Part shown: positions 53,010-62,387 of the stretch, one piece after another | Layout of the letters: each line of letters begins with the position of its first letter | Position numbering within the stretch: position 1 is the stretch's first letter | Origin: an uncultured delta proteobacterium | Lineage (GTDB): Bacteria; Desulfobacterota; Binatia; DP-6 | Assembly (NCBI GenBank): GCA_963815115.1 | Contig: CAWFFN010000009.1 | Coordinates: 864,001-928,000, forward strand | DNA: 64,000 nt | Direction of reading: 5' to 3' | Translations under genes and position numbers: made by a program | The notes under the pieces: generated by a model | What the model saw: only the letters and a program-made list of their open reading frames with translations | The model's database searches: none | What the model was told of the DNA's origin: nothing

Positions 53010-55577
53010 ATGCCGACCGCGACGCGTCCGTCCCGCTTTCGCCTCGCGACGGACGTGCGGCCATCCGACTACCACCTCCACCTCGAGCCCGATCTCGACG
53101 CGGGCCGCTTTCGCGGCGAGGTGCGCATCGACCTGCGCCTCGAGCGCCCTCGAACGGAGGTCGTGCTGCACGCCGCGGACATGGCGATCGAGCACGCCGC
53201 GGCCGAGGTCGACGGCGCCGTCGTCCCGCTGCGCGCACGTCTCGACCGGCGCGACGAGACGGTGACCCTGCGGGCCGCGCGGCCGCTGCCCGCCGGCTCG
53301 GTGGCGCTCCGCCTGCGCTTCGCCGCCGCGCTGAACGCTCACCTGCGCGGCCTGTACGCCGCCAGCTCCGGGAGCGCGCGCTACGCCTTCACGCAGTGCG
53401 AGGCGGCCGATGCGCGGCGCATCCTGCCGTGCTTCGACGAGCCCGCCTTCAAGGCGCGCTTCCACGTCACCGTGACGGCGCGCGCCGGCGACACGGTGCT
53501 CGCGAATGCTCCGGTGGCGCGCGAGCAACCGCTGCCCGGCGGGCGGCAGGCCGTCCACTTCGAGCCGACGCCGCCGCTCTCCACCTACCTCCTGGCGCTG
53601 GCGGTCGGTCCGCTCGAGTCGAGCGAGCCCCGTCACGTCGGCTCGACTCCGATCCGCCTGTGGCACGTCCCCGGCAAGGGACACCTGGCGGCCTTCGGGC
53701 TGGAGGCGGCCGTGGAGGCCCTCGACCGCCTGGAGCGGTACTTCGGCATCCCCTATCCCTACGCGAAGCTGGACCTGGTCGCGGTGCCGGACTTCGAGGC
53801 CGGCGCGATGGAGAACGCGGGGGCGGTGTTCTTCCGGGAGACGCTGCTGCTGCTGGACCCCGAGACCGTATCGCTGCCCGAGCGCAAGCGAGCCGCCGAG
53901 GTGATCGCTCACGAGCTGGCGCACATGTGGTACGGCGACCTGGTCACCATGGCCTGGTGGGACGACCTCTGGCTGAACGAGGCCTTCGCCACCTGGATGG
54001 CCTACCGGGTGGTGAACGACTGGAAGCCCGAGTGGCGCATGTGGCAGAGCTTCGAGCACGACCGCGCCGGAGCGCTCGGCCTCGATGCGCTGGCGAGCAC
54101 GCATCCGATCTACGCGCCGGTACACAGCGTCGCCGAGGCGACCGAGAACTTCGACGTCATCACCTACGAGAAGGGTGCCGCGGTGGTCCGCATGCTCGAG
54201 CACTACCTCGGACCCGAGACGTTCCGGGACGGCGTCCGGCGCTACATGGAGCGCCACCGGGAGGCGAACGCGGTGGCGGCCGACCTGTGGCATGCACTCG
54301 CCGAGGCATCGGGTGCCGACGTCGCGCGGCTGGCGCAGGCCTGGATCGGACAGACGGGCTTCCCGCTGGTGACCCTCGCCCGTAACGGCCGCACGCTCCG
54401 CGTGCGGCAGGAACGGTTCTTCGCGGATCCCCGGGTGCCGGCGACGAAGCGGCGGCACCGCTGGCCGGTCCCGCTGGTGGTCCGGCTCGAGGGCAGCGGC
54501 CACCGGCTGACACGCGCGCTGGTCGAGAAGGCATCCGACACCATCGCGCTGCCGGCGCCCGCGCCCGCCTGGTGCTTCGGAAACGCCGCAGCGGGCGGCT
54601 TCTACCGGGTCCGCCACGACCCGGCGACGCAGGCGGCGCTGCACACGGCCCTGTCCGAGCTGGGTGCGGTCGAGCGCCTCGCCCTGGTGGGCGATCAGTG
54701 GGCGCTCGTGCGCGCCGATCGCGCCTCCGTGGAGTCGTTCCTGGACCTCGCCGGTGCGCTCGGCGAGGAGCCCGATCACGACGTGCTCGACGGCGTCGCC
54801 GGCGCGCTCGCGACCCTCGACGATCAGGTCGCGGAGCCGGACAGCGCCGTCCAGGGCGCGCTGCGTGCATGGATTGCCCGCCGCTTCGGTCCCGCCCTGA
54901 GCGCGCTCGGGTGGGTGCCGGCGCCCGGGGAAGCGGACGAGGTGCGGCTGCGGCGCGCCGCGCTGCTGCGCCTCGTCGGCGGTGTTGCCGAGGATCCCGC
55001 GGTGCTCGCCGAGTCGCGCAGCCGCGTCGACCTCTACCTCGCCGATCGCGGCTCGCTCGAGCCCAACCTCGCAGACACGGTCGTCGCACTGGCCGCCCGG
55101 CTCGGAGATCCGGCGCTCTACGAGCGCTACCGCGCCGTGGCGGCCGATGCCCGCACGCCGCAGGAGCAGCGCCGGTTTCTCTTGAACCGCGCGTCCTTCC
55201 GCCAGCGCGAGAGCATCGACCGGACGCTCGCCGCGCTCCTGACGGCCGAGATCCCCACCCAGGACGTCGCCTTCCTGCTGATGCGGATGTTCGGCAATCC
55301 GAAGGGCCGGGAGGAGGCGTGGCGCTTTCTGCGCCGTCGCTGGGCGGCGCTGCGCAAGCGCATCCCGCCCCTCATGATGGCCCGCCTGGTCGAGGCGACG
55401 CCCGCGCTGCGCACCCCCCGCCACGCCAGCGAGGTGCGGGCGTTCTTCCGCGCCCACCCGCTGCCCGAGGCGGCGCGCGCGCTGCGCCAGGCGCTCGAGC
55501 GCTTCCGCCTGAACGCCGAGCTTCGCCGGCGCACGGCGCCGGGAGTGCAACGCTGGCTGGCGCGACGGGCGGCATGA
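53010..55577 (+). CDS. M1 family aminopeptidase (puromycin-sensitive/ERAP-like)
   Basis: TQCEAADARR.LPCFDEP, GAMEN, HELAHMW...LWLNE and TYEKG; ERAP1-like C-terminus. Confidence 0.95.
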   Translation: MPTATRPSRFRLATDVRPSDYHLHLEPDLDAGRFRGEVRIDLRLERPRTEVVLHAADMAIEHAAAEVDGAVVPLRARLDRRDETVTLRAARPLPAGSVALRLRFAAALNAHLRGLYAASSGSARYAFTQCEAADARRILPCFDEPAFKARFHVTVTARAGDTVLANAPVAREQPLPGGRQAVHFEPTPPLSTYLLALAVGPLESSEPRHVGSTPIRLWHVPGKGHLAAFGLEAAVEALDRLERYFGIPYPYAKLDLVAVPDFEAGAMENAGAVFFRETLLLLDPETVSLPERKRAAEVIAHELAHMWYGDLVTMAWWDDLWLNEAFATWMAYRVVNDWKPEWRMWQSFEHDRAGALGLDALASTHPIYAPVHSVAEATENFDVITYEKGAAVVRMLEHYLGPETFRDGVRRYMERHREANAVAADLWHALAEASGADVARLAQAWIGQTGFPLVTLARNGRTLRVRQERFFADPRVPATKRRHRWPVPLVVRLEGSGHRLTRALVEKASDTIALPAPAPAWCFGNAAAGGFYRVRHDPATQAALHTALSELGAVERLALVGDQWALVRADRASVESFLDLAGALGEEPDHDVLDGVAGALATLDDQVAEPDSAVQGALRAWIARRFGPALSALGWVPAPGEADEVRLRRAALLRLVGGVAEDPAVLAESRSRVDLYLADRGSLEPNLADTVVALAARLGDPALYERYRAVAADARTPQEQRRFLLNRASFRQRESIDRTLAALLTAEIPTQDVAFLLMRMFGNPKGREEAWRFLRRRWAALRKRIPPLMMARLVEATPALRTPRHASEVRAFFRAHPLPEAARALRQALERFRLNAELRRRTAPGVQRWLARRAA

Positions 55578-56212
55578 GCCGCCGGCCGTCCGGCGTGGCC
55601 GCGGTGGTCGTCGCGCTGCTGGCGGCCACCTCGGTCCTCGCCAATCCGGTGGCGGTTCCGTGGCCGGTGCTGCGCGCGCTGCGCGCCGCCAGCGTCGTGG
55701 TGCTGCCGGCCGAATGTGGCGGCGTCTTGACGACGACCCCGGAGCTGGTCGCCACGGCGCTGCACTGCATCGACCGCGGGGCGGCGCTGCACGTGCGGAC
55801 GGCGGACGGCGGCGTGCTCGGCGCGCATCTCGAGGCGATCGACAGCGACGCCGATCAGGCGGTGCTGCGCCTCATGCGCCCGCTCGCCGCGACCCCGCTC
55901 GAGATCGCGCGGCGCGCGCCCATCGATGGGACGGTGGTCTACTTCGAAGGCAACCCGCGGCGACCGCGGCCCCAGGACGCGCGCATCGATCGGCGCGGGC
56001 GGTGCGAATCGCTGCCGCGCCTGCCGGACGCGCTCTTCACCAGCCTGCGTGGCGAGCCCGGCGATTCGGGATCGCCGCTGGTCGACGGCGCCGCGCGCAT
56101 CGTCGGGCTGGTTCACGGCGGCGCGCGCTGCCAGATCGCCACGCCGGCCACCCGGCTCGCCCGGCTGGTCGATCGCGTCCTCGGCCGCCTCACCGTGACC
56201 CCGGCGGGGTAA
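55574..56212 (+). CDS. Secreted trypsin-like (S1) serine protease
   Basis: Signal peptide; TALHC, DQAVL and GDSGSP catalytic triad motifs. ATGA overlap with the aminopeptidase. Confidence 0.88.
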   Translation: MSRRPSGVAAVVVALLAATSVLANPVAVPWPVLRALRAASVVVLPAECGGVLTTTPELVATALHCIDRGAALHVRTADGGVLGAHLEAIDSDADQAVLRLMRPLAATPLEIARRAPIDGTVVYFEGNPRRPRPQDARIDRRGRCESLPRLPDALFTSLRGEPGDSGSPLVDGAARIVGLVHGGARCQIATPATRLARLVDRVLGRLTVTPAG

Positions 56213-56217
56213 GGGCG

Positions 56218-56496
56218 CGACCCGAGACTCCGTCTCGGGTCGAAAGCGGAGGCGAGTGTGTGGCGTTCGGTGGATCGGGCGAACGCCGTGCCGCGGCCGG
56301 CGAAGCCGGCGCGGCAAAACGAGCACGCAGCCTCCGGCCCAGGCCGTCTGCGCCCCCGCAAGCATGCCGTGCGAGCTACGGGGTCGTGCTCCGAAACGCC
56401 TGCCGCGGCGGCTTCGCCGCCCGCGGCACGACGTCCGCACGGTTCATCGGGTTCCATTCTCGCTCTCCCCCTGACCCGAGACGGAGTCTCGGGTCA
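56218..56496. repeat. Nested REP/REPIN-like inverted-repeat element between convergent genes
   Basis: GACCCGAGACTCCGTCTCGGGTC (56219-56241) and its exact reverse complement (56473-56495). Inner 28-nt bulged hairpins at 56289-56316 and 56401-56428 are 26/28 identical in inverted orientation. Confidence 0.85.
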
Positions 56497-56497
56497 C

Positions 56498-57286
56498 TCA
56501 TCCGAGGGCGAGCCAGAGCAGAACGGCGATCCCGGCGGCGATCCGGTACCACCCGAACGGCCGCAGCGTGTGGGTCTGCACGAAGCGGAGGAAGGCGCGG
56601 ATGACGATCAGCGCGCTCACGAAGGCGGCCACGAAGCCGACGGCGAGCGCGGCCGCGGCCGCGGGATCGATCTCGTGCCGCCCCTTCCAGAGCGAGAACA
56701 GGCAGGCGGCGTACATCGTCGGCATGGCGAGGAAGAAGGAGAACTCCGTGGCCGCTTTGCGACCGAGCCCGGCGACGAGCCCGGTCACGATGGTGGCGCC
56801 GGCGCGCGACACGCCGGGCACCAGCGACAGCATCTGCCCGAGCCCGATGGCGATCGCCTGTCCGAGCGTGACGTCCTCGGCAGCACCCACGCCGCCGCGG
56901 CGGTTCGGGCCGTCGAGCAGGAGGATCAGCACGCCGCCGACGATGAGGCTCCCCGCCACGGTGCCGGCGCGGAAGAGGTGCTCCTCGATCCAGTGATGCG
57001 CGAGCAGCCCGACGACGGCGGCCGGAAGGAAGGCGATGAAGACACGCACCAGGAAACGCCGCGCCGGTCCCGGGGTCGCGCTCTCGGTCGCGAGCCGAAG
57101 CAGGCGTTCGCGATAGGCCCAGGTGAGCGCGACGATCGCGCCGAGCTGGATGAAGATCTCGAAGGTGGGCGAGCCCCAGCCGAGCGCCTGCCCGGCGACG
57201 ATCAGGTGGCCCGTCGAGGAGACCGGGATGAACTCGGTGAGTCCCTCGACGACGCCGAGGAACGCGGCCTTGAGCAGGGCGATCAT
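56498..57286 (-). CDS. uppP: Undecaprenyl-diphosphate phosphatase
   Basis: GVVEGLTEFIPVSSTGH, IQLGAI, PGVSRAGATI and EFSFFLAMP. Confidence 0.95.
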   Translation of the reverse strand: MIALLKAAFLGVVEGLTEFIPVSSTGHLIVAGQALGWGSPTFEIFIQLGAIVALTWAYRERLLRLATESATPGPARRFLVRVFIAFLPAAVVGLLAHHWIEEHLFRAGTVAGSLIVGGVLILLLDGPNRRGGVGAAEDVTLGQAIAIGLGQMLSLVPGVSRAGATIVTGLVAGLGRKAATEFSFFLAMPTMYAACLFSLWKGRHEIDPAAAAALAVGFVAAFVSALIVIRAFLRFVQTHTLRPFGWYRIAAGIAVLLWLALG

Positions 57287-57365
57287 CGAGAGGGGACGTG
57301 AGGGATCGGAGGTGGCCCGAAGCGGCCGGCCTCCGGCCGCACGAGGGAGCCTGAGCCCGAGAACC

Positions 57366-57569
57366 TCACGCGGTCCGTACCGCCCCGGGAACGAGCCCAG
57401 CCATGAAGCACATATTGGCACGGACCCCCCCGAGCAGGAAACCGAGGACGCCGATGGAGCGCTCGTGCCCGAGCGCCGTGATGGCTTCGGCGGTGCTCGG
57501 CGGAGGCGGCGCTGCCGGCCGCCGTGTCTCCCTGCCGACGCGTCGCTCCAACGCTTTTCCTCTTGCCAA
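57366..57569 (-). CDS. Possible 67-aa hypothetical protein
   Basis: TTG start after AAGGAAG; downstream of a minus-strand TTGACA; hydrophobic C-terminal half; no recognised family. Confidence 0.4.
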   Translation of the reverse strand: MARGKALERRVGRETRRPAAPPPPSTAEAITALGHERSIGVLGFLLGGVRANMCFMAGLVPGAVRTA

Positions 57570-57584
57570 ACCGACACTTCCTTG

Positions 57585-57640
57585 CCATTTAGAGTCGATA
57601 GCTGGTAACTGATACTGTCAAGACAGCAATAGTATGATGT
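57585..57640. promoter_or_regulatory. AT-rich divergent promoter region
   Basis: Minus-strand TTGACA (57621-57616) lies within the palindrome CTGTC-AA-GACAG. Plus-strand TATGAT at 57633-57638; ATACT...AGTAT arms. Confidence 0.5.
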
Positions 57641-57902
57641 GGCTGTCCGTGTCGTGAGAGCCTCGGCGAACGGGCCGCTCGGGTGGCCGCGGGGGAACTC
57701 GAATCGACTGAGACGGGGAAGTGCAAAGTCACCCACGATTGGAAGCGTTCGGTCTGCGGCGAACAGCGGCTCGCGCTCGCCCGTCTGGCTGGCTGGACAC
57801 CGGCAGCTCACTCGAGCCCACATCTCCGCGCGGAGGTGAGCGTGTCTCCGGGTGCTCCGGCGCCCGACGAGGCCGGCGCGAGGCGTGCCGCGCGCTGCCG
57901 CG

Positions 57903-60900
57903 ATGAGTCCGACAGCGTCCGCGGGCGGGGCAAACGGGGGGCGAGAGCCCCGATCACGACTCGTTCGCTCTGTCCTGGGGGTCCTGGCCCTCGCCGCGAT
58001 CGCCGCCGTCGTCGGGACGGGGCTCTGGGCAGGAAGGACCCGGCCGCCGCTCCTGACGCCGGCAGCTCCGAACGCGATGGTCAGCCTGCAGCTGGCGCGC
58101 AGCAGCCGCGAAGCGAACGGGATCAAGCGGGAGTGGCAAGGCGCTTGCCTGCCGCAGGCCGGCCCCGAGGAGGAGCAGATCGACCAGCAGTGGGCGCTCC
58201 TCTGCCAGGCGGGGAGCGTCGCGGACGTGCGGCGGATCGTGCACGCGTGGACCCGGCCGCCGTTCTGCCTCCTCCGCAGCGCCGCCGAAGCGAAACGGAT
58301 CGTCGAGGGGTGGAAGCCCCTGGCACACGGCGTCGCCAAGGCGTGGCAGCGCGGCCACCGATGCCGGCTTCGGTGCGTGGCGTGCAGCCCTGCCACCCCC
58401 GATCCGGGCGCCAACGACTGTGGCGGCCCCTGCTCCGCGTGCATGAACGTCGACGCGCCGGCACGCTCCGGCCAGCTCAAGAGCGTCACCGGAGCCAGAC
58501 ACATCGCGAGCCAGTGGCGGAGTCTCTGCGGTGCCCAGACTCCCTCTGCGGCAACCAGGACCAACGAGGAATGGACGGCGCTTCGCGCCTCGACCGGTTG
58601 CGACCTCGGCTCCGACGAGGGTCGACTCGGATTCGCGCGCTGCAATCTCCGGCGCGACGACCGATTCGTCCTCGTCTACACCGCATCGCTCGTCTTCCTC
58701 GCGTTCCTGTTCCTGCGCGCGGTGTCGGCCCCGCTGTCGCTCGCGGTGGGTGTCGCGCTCGTCGCCGTCGCGGCGGGCCTGTGCGACTGGGCGGAGAACC
58801 GGCTGCTCGCGCAGTTCCTCGGATTCGAGGGACGGCCGGCATGGCTCGAGCGACTGGGAGCTCACGGCGTCACCTTGACCAGGACCGTCTCGCAAACGAA
58901 GTGGGGTCTCCTGCTCCTGGCCGGGCTCGCCGTGCTCACGGCTGGAGCTGCCGCGCTCCGGCGGTGGTGGCATCAGCTCGAGCCCGATTCGAAGGTCCGC
59001 AAGTGCTTCAAGGACCTCGCCGAGACCGAGGGCGCGCACATCTTCAGCGAGAGCGGGCGCACCGGCTATCCGGACGTGCTCCGCGTCGCCAAGGGACCGT
59101 CCGCCGAGCCGTGGGTGTCCTTCCGGAGCCGCGACATCATCGGGCTGGCGCTCTCGGGCGGCGGGATCCGGAGCGCGACGTTCAACCTCGGCCTGCTGAC
59201 CGGCCTGAACAAGCTCAATATCCTCGGGAAGATCGACTACCTCGCGACGGTCTCGGGCGGAGGTTACCTGGGCAGCTTCTGGACCGCCTGGCTCGCGCAC
59301 CAGAAGGGCCGCCGCATACTCTGGCCGGACGGCAACGGGCTCGAAACCGGTCCGGTGCGCCACCTGAGGGAGTTCAGTCGCTTCCTGGCGACGCGGCGCG
59401 GGTTCTTCGAAGCCGAGATGTGGGAGGCGATCGTCGCCGTCGTGGCGGGTCTGATTCCCGCTTTCGCGGCCGCGGCATCGGTGATCGGGCTCGCCCTGGT
59501 CTTCTGGCTCGGGACCAACTTCTTTCTCGCCTGCCCGGAACCGTGGGCGGGGATGGCCGCCGTTCTCGTGCTGACCGGGTACGTGCTCCGGCGGTTCGAG
59601 CTGGAGTGGGCTGCGGGCGACCCCGTCGATCCGGCCGACGCGGACGTGAGCCGGCGCGTCAACATCGGGGTCGCACTGGTCGCGCTCGGGCTGAGCCTGT
59701 GGTTCGCGTGGTGGCTCATTCATCGCCTCCCGCAGGTGACGTGGTGGAGCCTCGACGGTGCGTCGGGCTGGAGCCCGCCCCTGGCACGCTCCTACGAGAC
59801 CTGGTGGCGGCTCACCGGGATCGAGCGGACGGAGAATGCTCGGGCGTGGTTCTGGAGTCCACGCCTCTACGACCTGGCGCTGGTCTGGCTCCTGGCCGGC
59901 GGCGTCCTGCTCGCGATGCGCGCGCCGTTCGCCGTGATCGCTCGCCGCGGGGAGCGCGACCGGGTCTGGGGTCCGGCATTCGATCGCGTCGTCATGCGGC
60001 TCCTCGGCAGTGCGGTGGCCTGGGCCGCCGTCGCCACGCTGTGGCACGTCAGCGTCAACTTCCTGCCGCTGGCCAAGCGCATGACGGTCGCCTCGCTGTT
60101 CTCGGCGGGCCTGTTCGCGGCACTCCGAAACTGGATCGGGGTCGCCCTCCGCTCGGGGACGCAGGCGGGCACCCTGGATCGCCTGAAGCCCTACATTCCG
60201 CAGGCGCTCGCCTACCTGACCGTGGCACTGCTCGTCGCCGGCGTGGGGAGCGTGGAGATCAGCCTGGGCGGCAGCGACTGGATGGCGTGGTTCGGGCTCG
60301 CCGCCGCGATGGCGTTCGCGATCGGGGTGATGACGCTCCTCGACCCTGGCGAGATCGGGCTACATTCGTTCTACCGGGACCGCATCGTGCGCGCGTACTC
60401 CGGCGCCTCCAACCCGGACTCCGGAGGGGACCCCGAGGACAACCGCCAGACCGACCGGCGCGCCAAGGACGATCTCCACCTCGAAGACCTGCCGGTCTGG
60501 CCGCTGCATCTCGTCTGCTGCGCGGCCAACGATCTGCACGCGGACCCGATCGGGACGCTGGGACGGGGCGCGCGCAGCGCCGTGCTTTCCCGCCACGGCA
60601 TCGCCTTGGCCGACGGCTGGGAGCCACCGCCGACCTGGGTCACGCTCGGCGGCGCGGTCACCGCGTCGGCCGCGGCGTTCAACTCGAACATGGGCGGCGT
60701 CTCGATGAGCGTCGGCCCGGTGGTCTCGTTCCTGATGGCGACGCTCAATCTGCGACTCGGGCTCTGGGTCCCCAATCCCCGCGGCCCGGCACGCACGCGG
60801 ATGCGCGTGCTGCCCGGGGTGCTCTTCTTCCGCGAGATGTTCGCGCTGACGCTGGCGGACGACCAGGAACCGGAGATCCACCTCTCGGACGGCGGGCACT

Positions 60901-62324
60901 TCGAGAACCTCGCGCTCTACGAGCTGGTACGGCGCCACTGCCGTTACATCGTGGTGTCCGATTGCGGCGAGGATCCGAACGTCGCGTTCGAGGACTTCGG
61001 CAACGCGGCCCGCCGCATCCGGGAGGACTTCGGCGTCGACATCGACGTCGACCTGGGCGCACTCCGTCCGAGCCCGGAGCGCCGCTCGCGGCAGCACGCG
61101 GTGGTCGGCACCATCCACTACTCGCCCTTCGACAAGGGGATCCTGATCTACGTGAAGCCGACCCTCACCGGCGACGAGCCGCCGGACATCTTGCAGTACG
61201 CCACCGCCAACCATCAGTTCCCACACGAGCCGACCAGCGATCAGTTCTACGACGAGGCGCAATGGGAGTCGTACCGCGCGCTGGGCGAGCACACGGCCTG
61301 TACGGTGTTTGGCTTCGTCGACCGCCATCGAGGCGGCCCGCCGTCCGCCGACTGGATCTTCACCACCGCACGCCAGGAGTGGTATCCGACCCCGCCCGAT
61401 CTCCCGGCCCGCGTTCTGAAGATGACCGAGCGCTTCGGCGCCATCGAGTCGGAGATCCGTAGCGAGGGCGCCGCAACGATGCTCGTCGAGGTGTTCCCCG
61501 AGCTCCAGATCCTCGCCGGATCACCGGCATCGCCGCGGGCGACGGTGGCCGACGACCAGGGACACGCCGCCAATCTCGCCTGCCTTCTGCGCGTGAGCCA
61601 GCTCATGGAGGACGTCTGGACGTACTGCGAGCTCGACGCCTTCTGGAACCACCCGCTGAACCTCGGGTGGGTGAACTGCTTCGCCCGCTGGGCGTCGGCC
61701 CCGACGTTCCGCATGTGGTGGCCGCTGATCCGTCCGATGTACGGCGTCGAGTTCCAGCGCTTCATGCAGGAGCGGTTCCCGGTGCTCGACCGCCAGGAGG
61801 CGCACCCGGGGACGGTGGCTGGCCCGACACCGGCGATCCCCGACGGCCTGTCGAAGGAATGGTGGGAGCAGCGCCACGCGCCCGCTCCGGTGATGGTGGA
61901 CGCCGTGGGCCAAGCGAAGAAAGCCTACGAGTACCGGCTCGAGCTTCCCGGGCCGGACGACGCGAGCGCGATCCCCATGCAGCTCGGCCTGGTTCTCGTT
62001 CGGCAGATGACGGACGGCGAAGGCGGCGACTGGCTCTGGTGGACGAGCGACGACTTCTTCGTTCCGCCCAGCCTCTGGGGCGCCGGCATCGGAGGCACCT
62101 TCCTCGCTCAGCTTCTGAAGAGGATCCAAGCCGAGCAGAAGATCCACCGTCTCGAGGTATTCGTGAAGGCGCCGCAGCGTCAGAACGACGCCGGCTCGTG
62201 GGCGGATCGCGTGGGGTTCGTCGAGTTCTACAAGGCCCACGGGTTCTGCATCGCCAGCCCGGAGGTCGATCGCCTGCCCGACGGCCAGGTGGATCGCGCA
62301 GTCAAGCTCGCGCTGAAGCTCTGA
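57903..62324 (+). CDS. Large membrane patatin/cPLA2-like phospholipase with an N-terminal Cys-rich domain and a C-terminal GNAT-like domain
   Basis: GLALSGGGIRSA oxyanion motif, TVSGGGY (Ser) and LSDGGHFENL (Asp); many TMs; FFVPPSLWGAGIGG...FYKAHGF. An alternative GTG start lies at 57852. Confidence 0.85.
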   Translation: MSPTASAGGANGGREPRSRLVRSVLGVLALAAIAAVVGTGLWAGRTRPPLLTPAAPNAMVSLQLARSSREANGIKREWQGACLPQAGPEEEQIDQQWALLCQAGSVADVRRIVHAWTRPPFCLLRSAAEAKRIVEGWKPLAHGVAKAWQRGHRCRLRCVACSPATPDPGANDCGGPCSACMNVDAPARSGQLKSVTGARHIASQWRSLCGAQTPSAATRTNEEWTALRASTGCDLGSDEGRLGFARCNLRRDDRFVLVYTASLVFLAFLFLRAVSAPLSLAVGVALVAVAAGLCDWAENRLLAQFLGFEGRPAWLERLGAHGVTLTRTVSQTKWGLLLLAGLAVLTAGAAALRRWWHQLEPDSKVRKCFKDLAETEGAHIFSESGRTGYPDVLRVAKGPSAEPWVSFRSRDIIGLALSGGGIRSATFNLGLLTGLNKLNILGKIDYLATVSGGGYLGSFWTAWLAHQKGRRILWPDGNGLETGPVRHLREFSRFLATRRGFFEAEMWEAIVAVVAGLIPAFAAAASVIGLALVFWLGTNFFLACPEPWAGMAAVLVLTGYVLRRFELEWAAGDPVDPADADVSRRVNIGVALVALGLSLWFAWWLIHRLPQVTWWSLDGASGWSPPLARSYETWWRLTGIERTENARAWFWSPRLYDLALVWLLAGGVLLAMRAPFAVIARRGERDRVWGPAFDRVVMRLLGSAVAWAAVATLWHVSVNFLPLAKRMTVASLFSAGLFAALRNWIGVALRSGTQAGTLDRLKPYIPQALAYLTVALLVAGVGSVEISLGGSDWMAWFGLAAAMAFAIGVMTLLDPGEIGLHSFYRDRIVRAYSGASNPDSGGDPEDNRQTDRRAKDDLHLEDLPVWPLHLVCCAANDLHADPIGTLGRGARSAVLSRHGIALADGWEPPPTWVTLGGAVTASAAAFNSNMGGVSMSVGPVVSFLMATLNLRLGLWVPNPRGPARTRMRVLPGVLFFREMFALTLADDQEPEIHLSDGGHFENLALYELVRRHCRYIVVSDCGEDPNVAFEDFGNAARRIREDFGVDIDVDLGALRPSPERRSRQHAVVGTIHYSPFDKGILIYVKPTLTGDEPPDILQYATANHQFPHEPTSDQFYDEAQWESYRALGEHTACTVFGFVDRHRGGPPSADWIFTTARQEWYPTPPDLPARVLKMTERFGAIESEIRSEGAATMLVEVFPELQILAGSPASPRATVADDQGHAANLACLLRVSQLMEDVWTYCELDAFWNHPLNLGWVNCFARWASAPTFRMWWPLIRPMYGVEFQRFMQERFPVLDRQEAHPGTVAGPTPAIPDGLSKEWWEQRHAPAPVMVDAVGQAKKAYEYRLELPGPDDASAIPMQLGLVLVRQMTDGEGGDWLWWTSDDFFVPPSLWGAGIGGTFLAQLLKRIQAEQKIHRLEVFVKAPQRQNDAGSWADRVGFVEFYKAHGFCIASPEVDRLPDGQVDRAVKLALKL

Positions 62325-62387
62325 GCCGCGGCCTCGTCCTCACGCCGTCCGACGTCTGCGGACACGCGATCCCGCGCGACGGGCCAG

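Noticed and set aside
56113-56457. 114-aa minus-strand ORF inside the repeat element
   Set aside because: It runs through the hairpins and into the protease gene, and its composition is not protein-like. The repeat explains it better.
56218-56496. CRISPR array or tRNA interpretation of the repeats
   Set aside because: There are only two copies of each hairpin, in inverted orientation, with no repeat-spacer periodicity, no cas genes and no cloverleaf or T-loop motif.
45105-58645. Apparent long fusions in the ORF track (45105-46784, 49912-52818, 54572-56212, 56498-58645)
   Set aside because: Their N-terminal parts are low-complexity off-frame or antisense readings over other real genes. This differs from YfhO-CysC, where both halves are genuine domains in the same frame.
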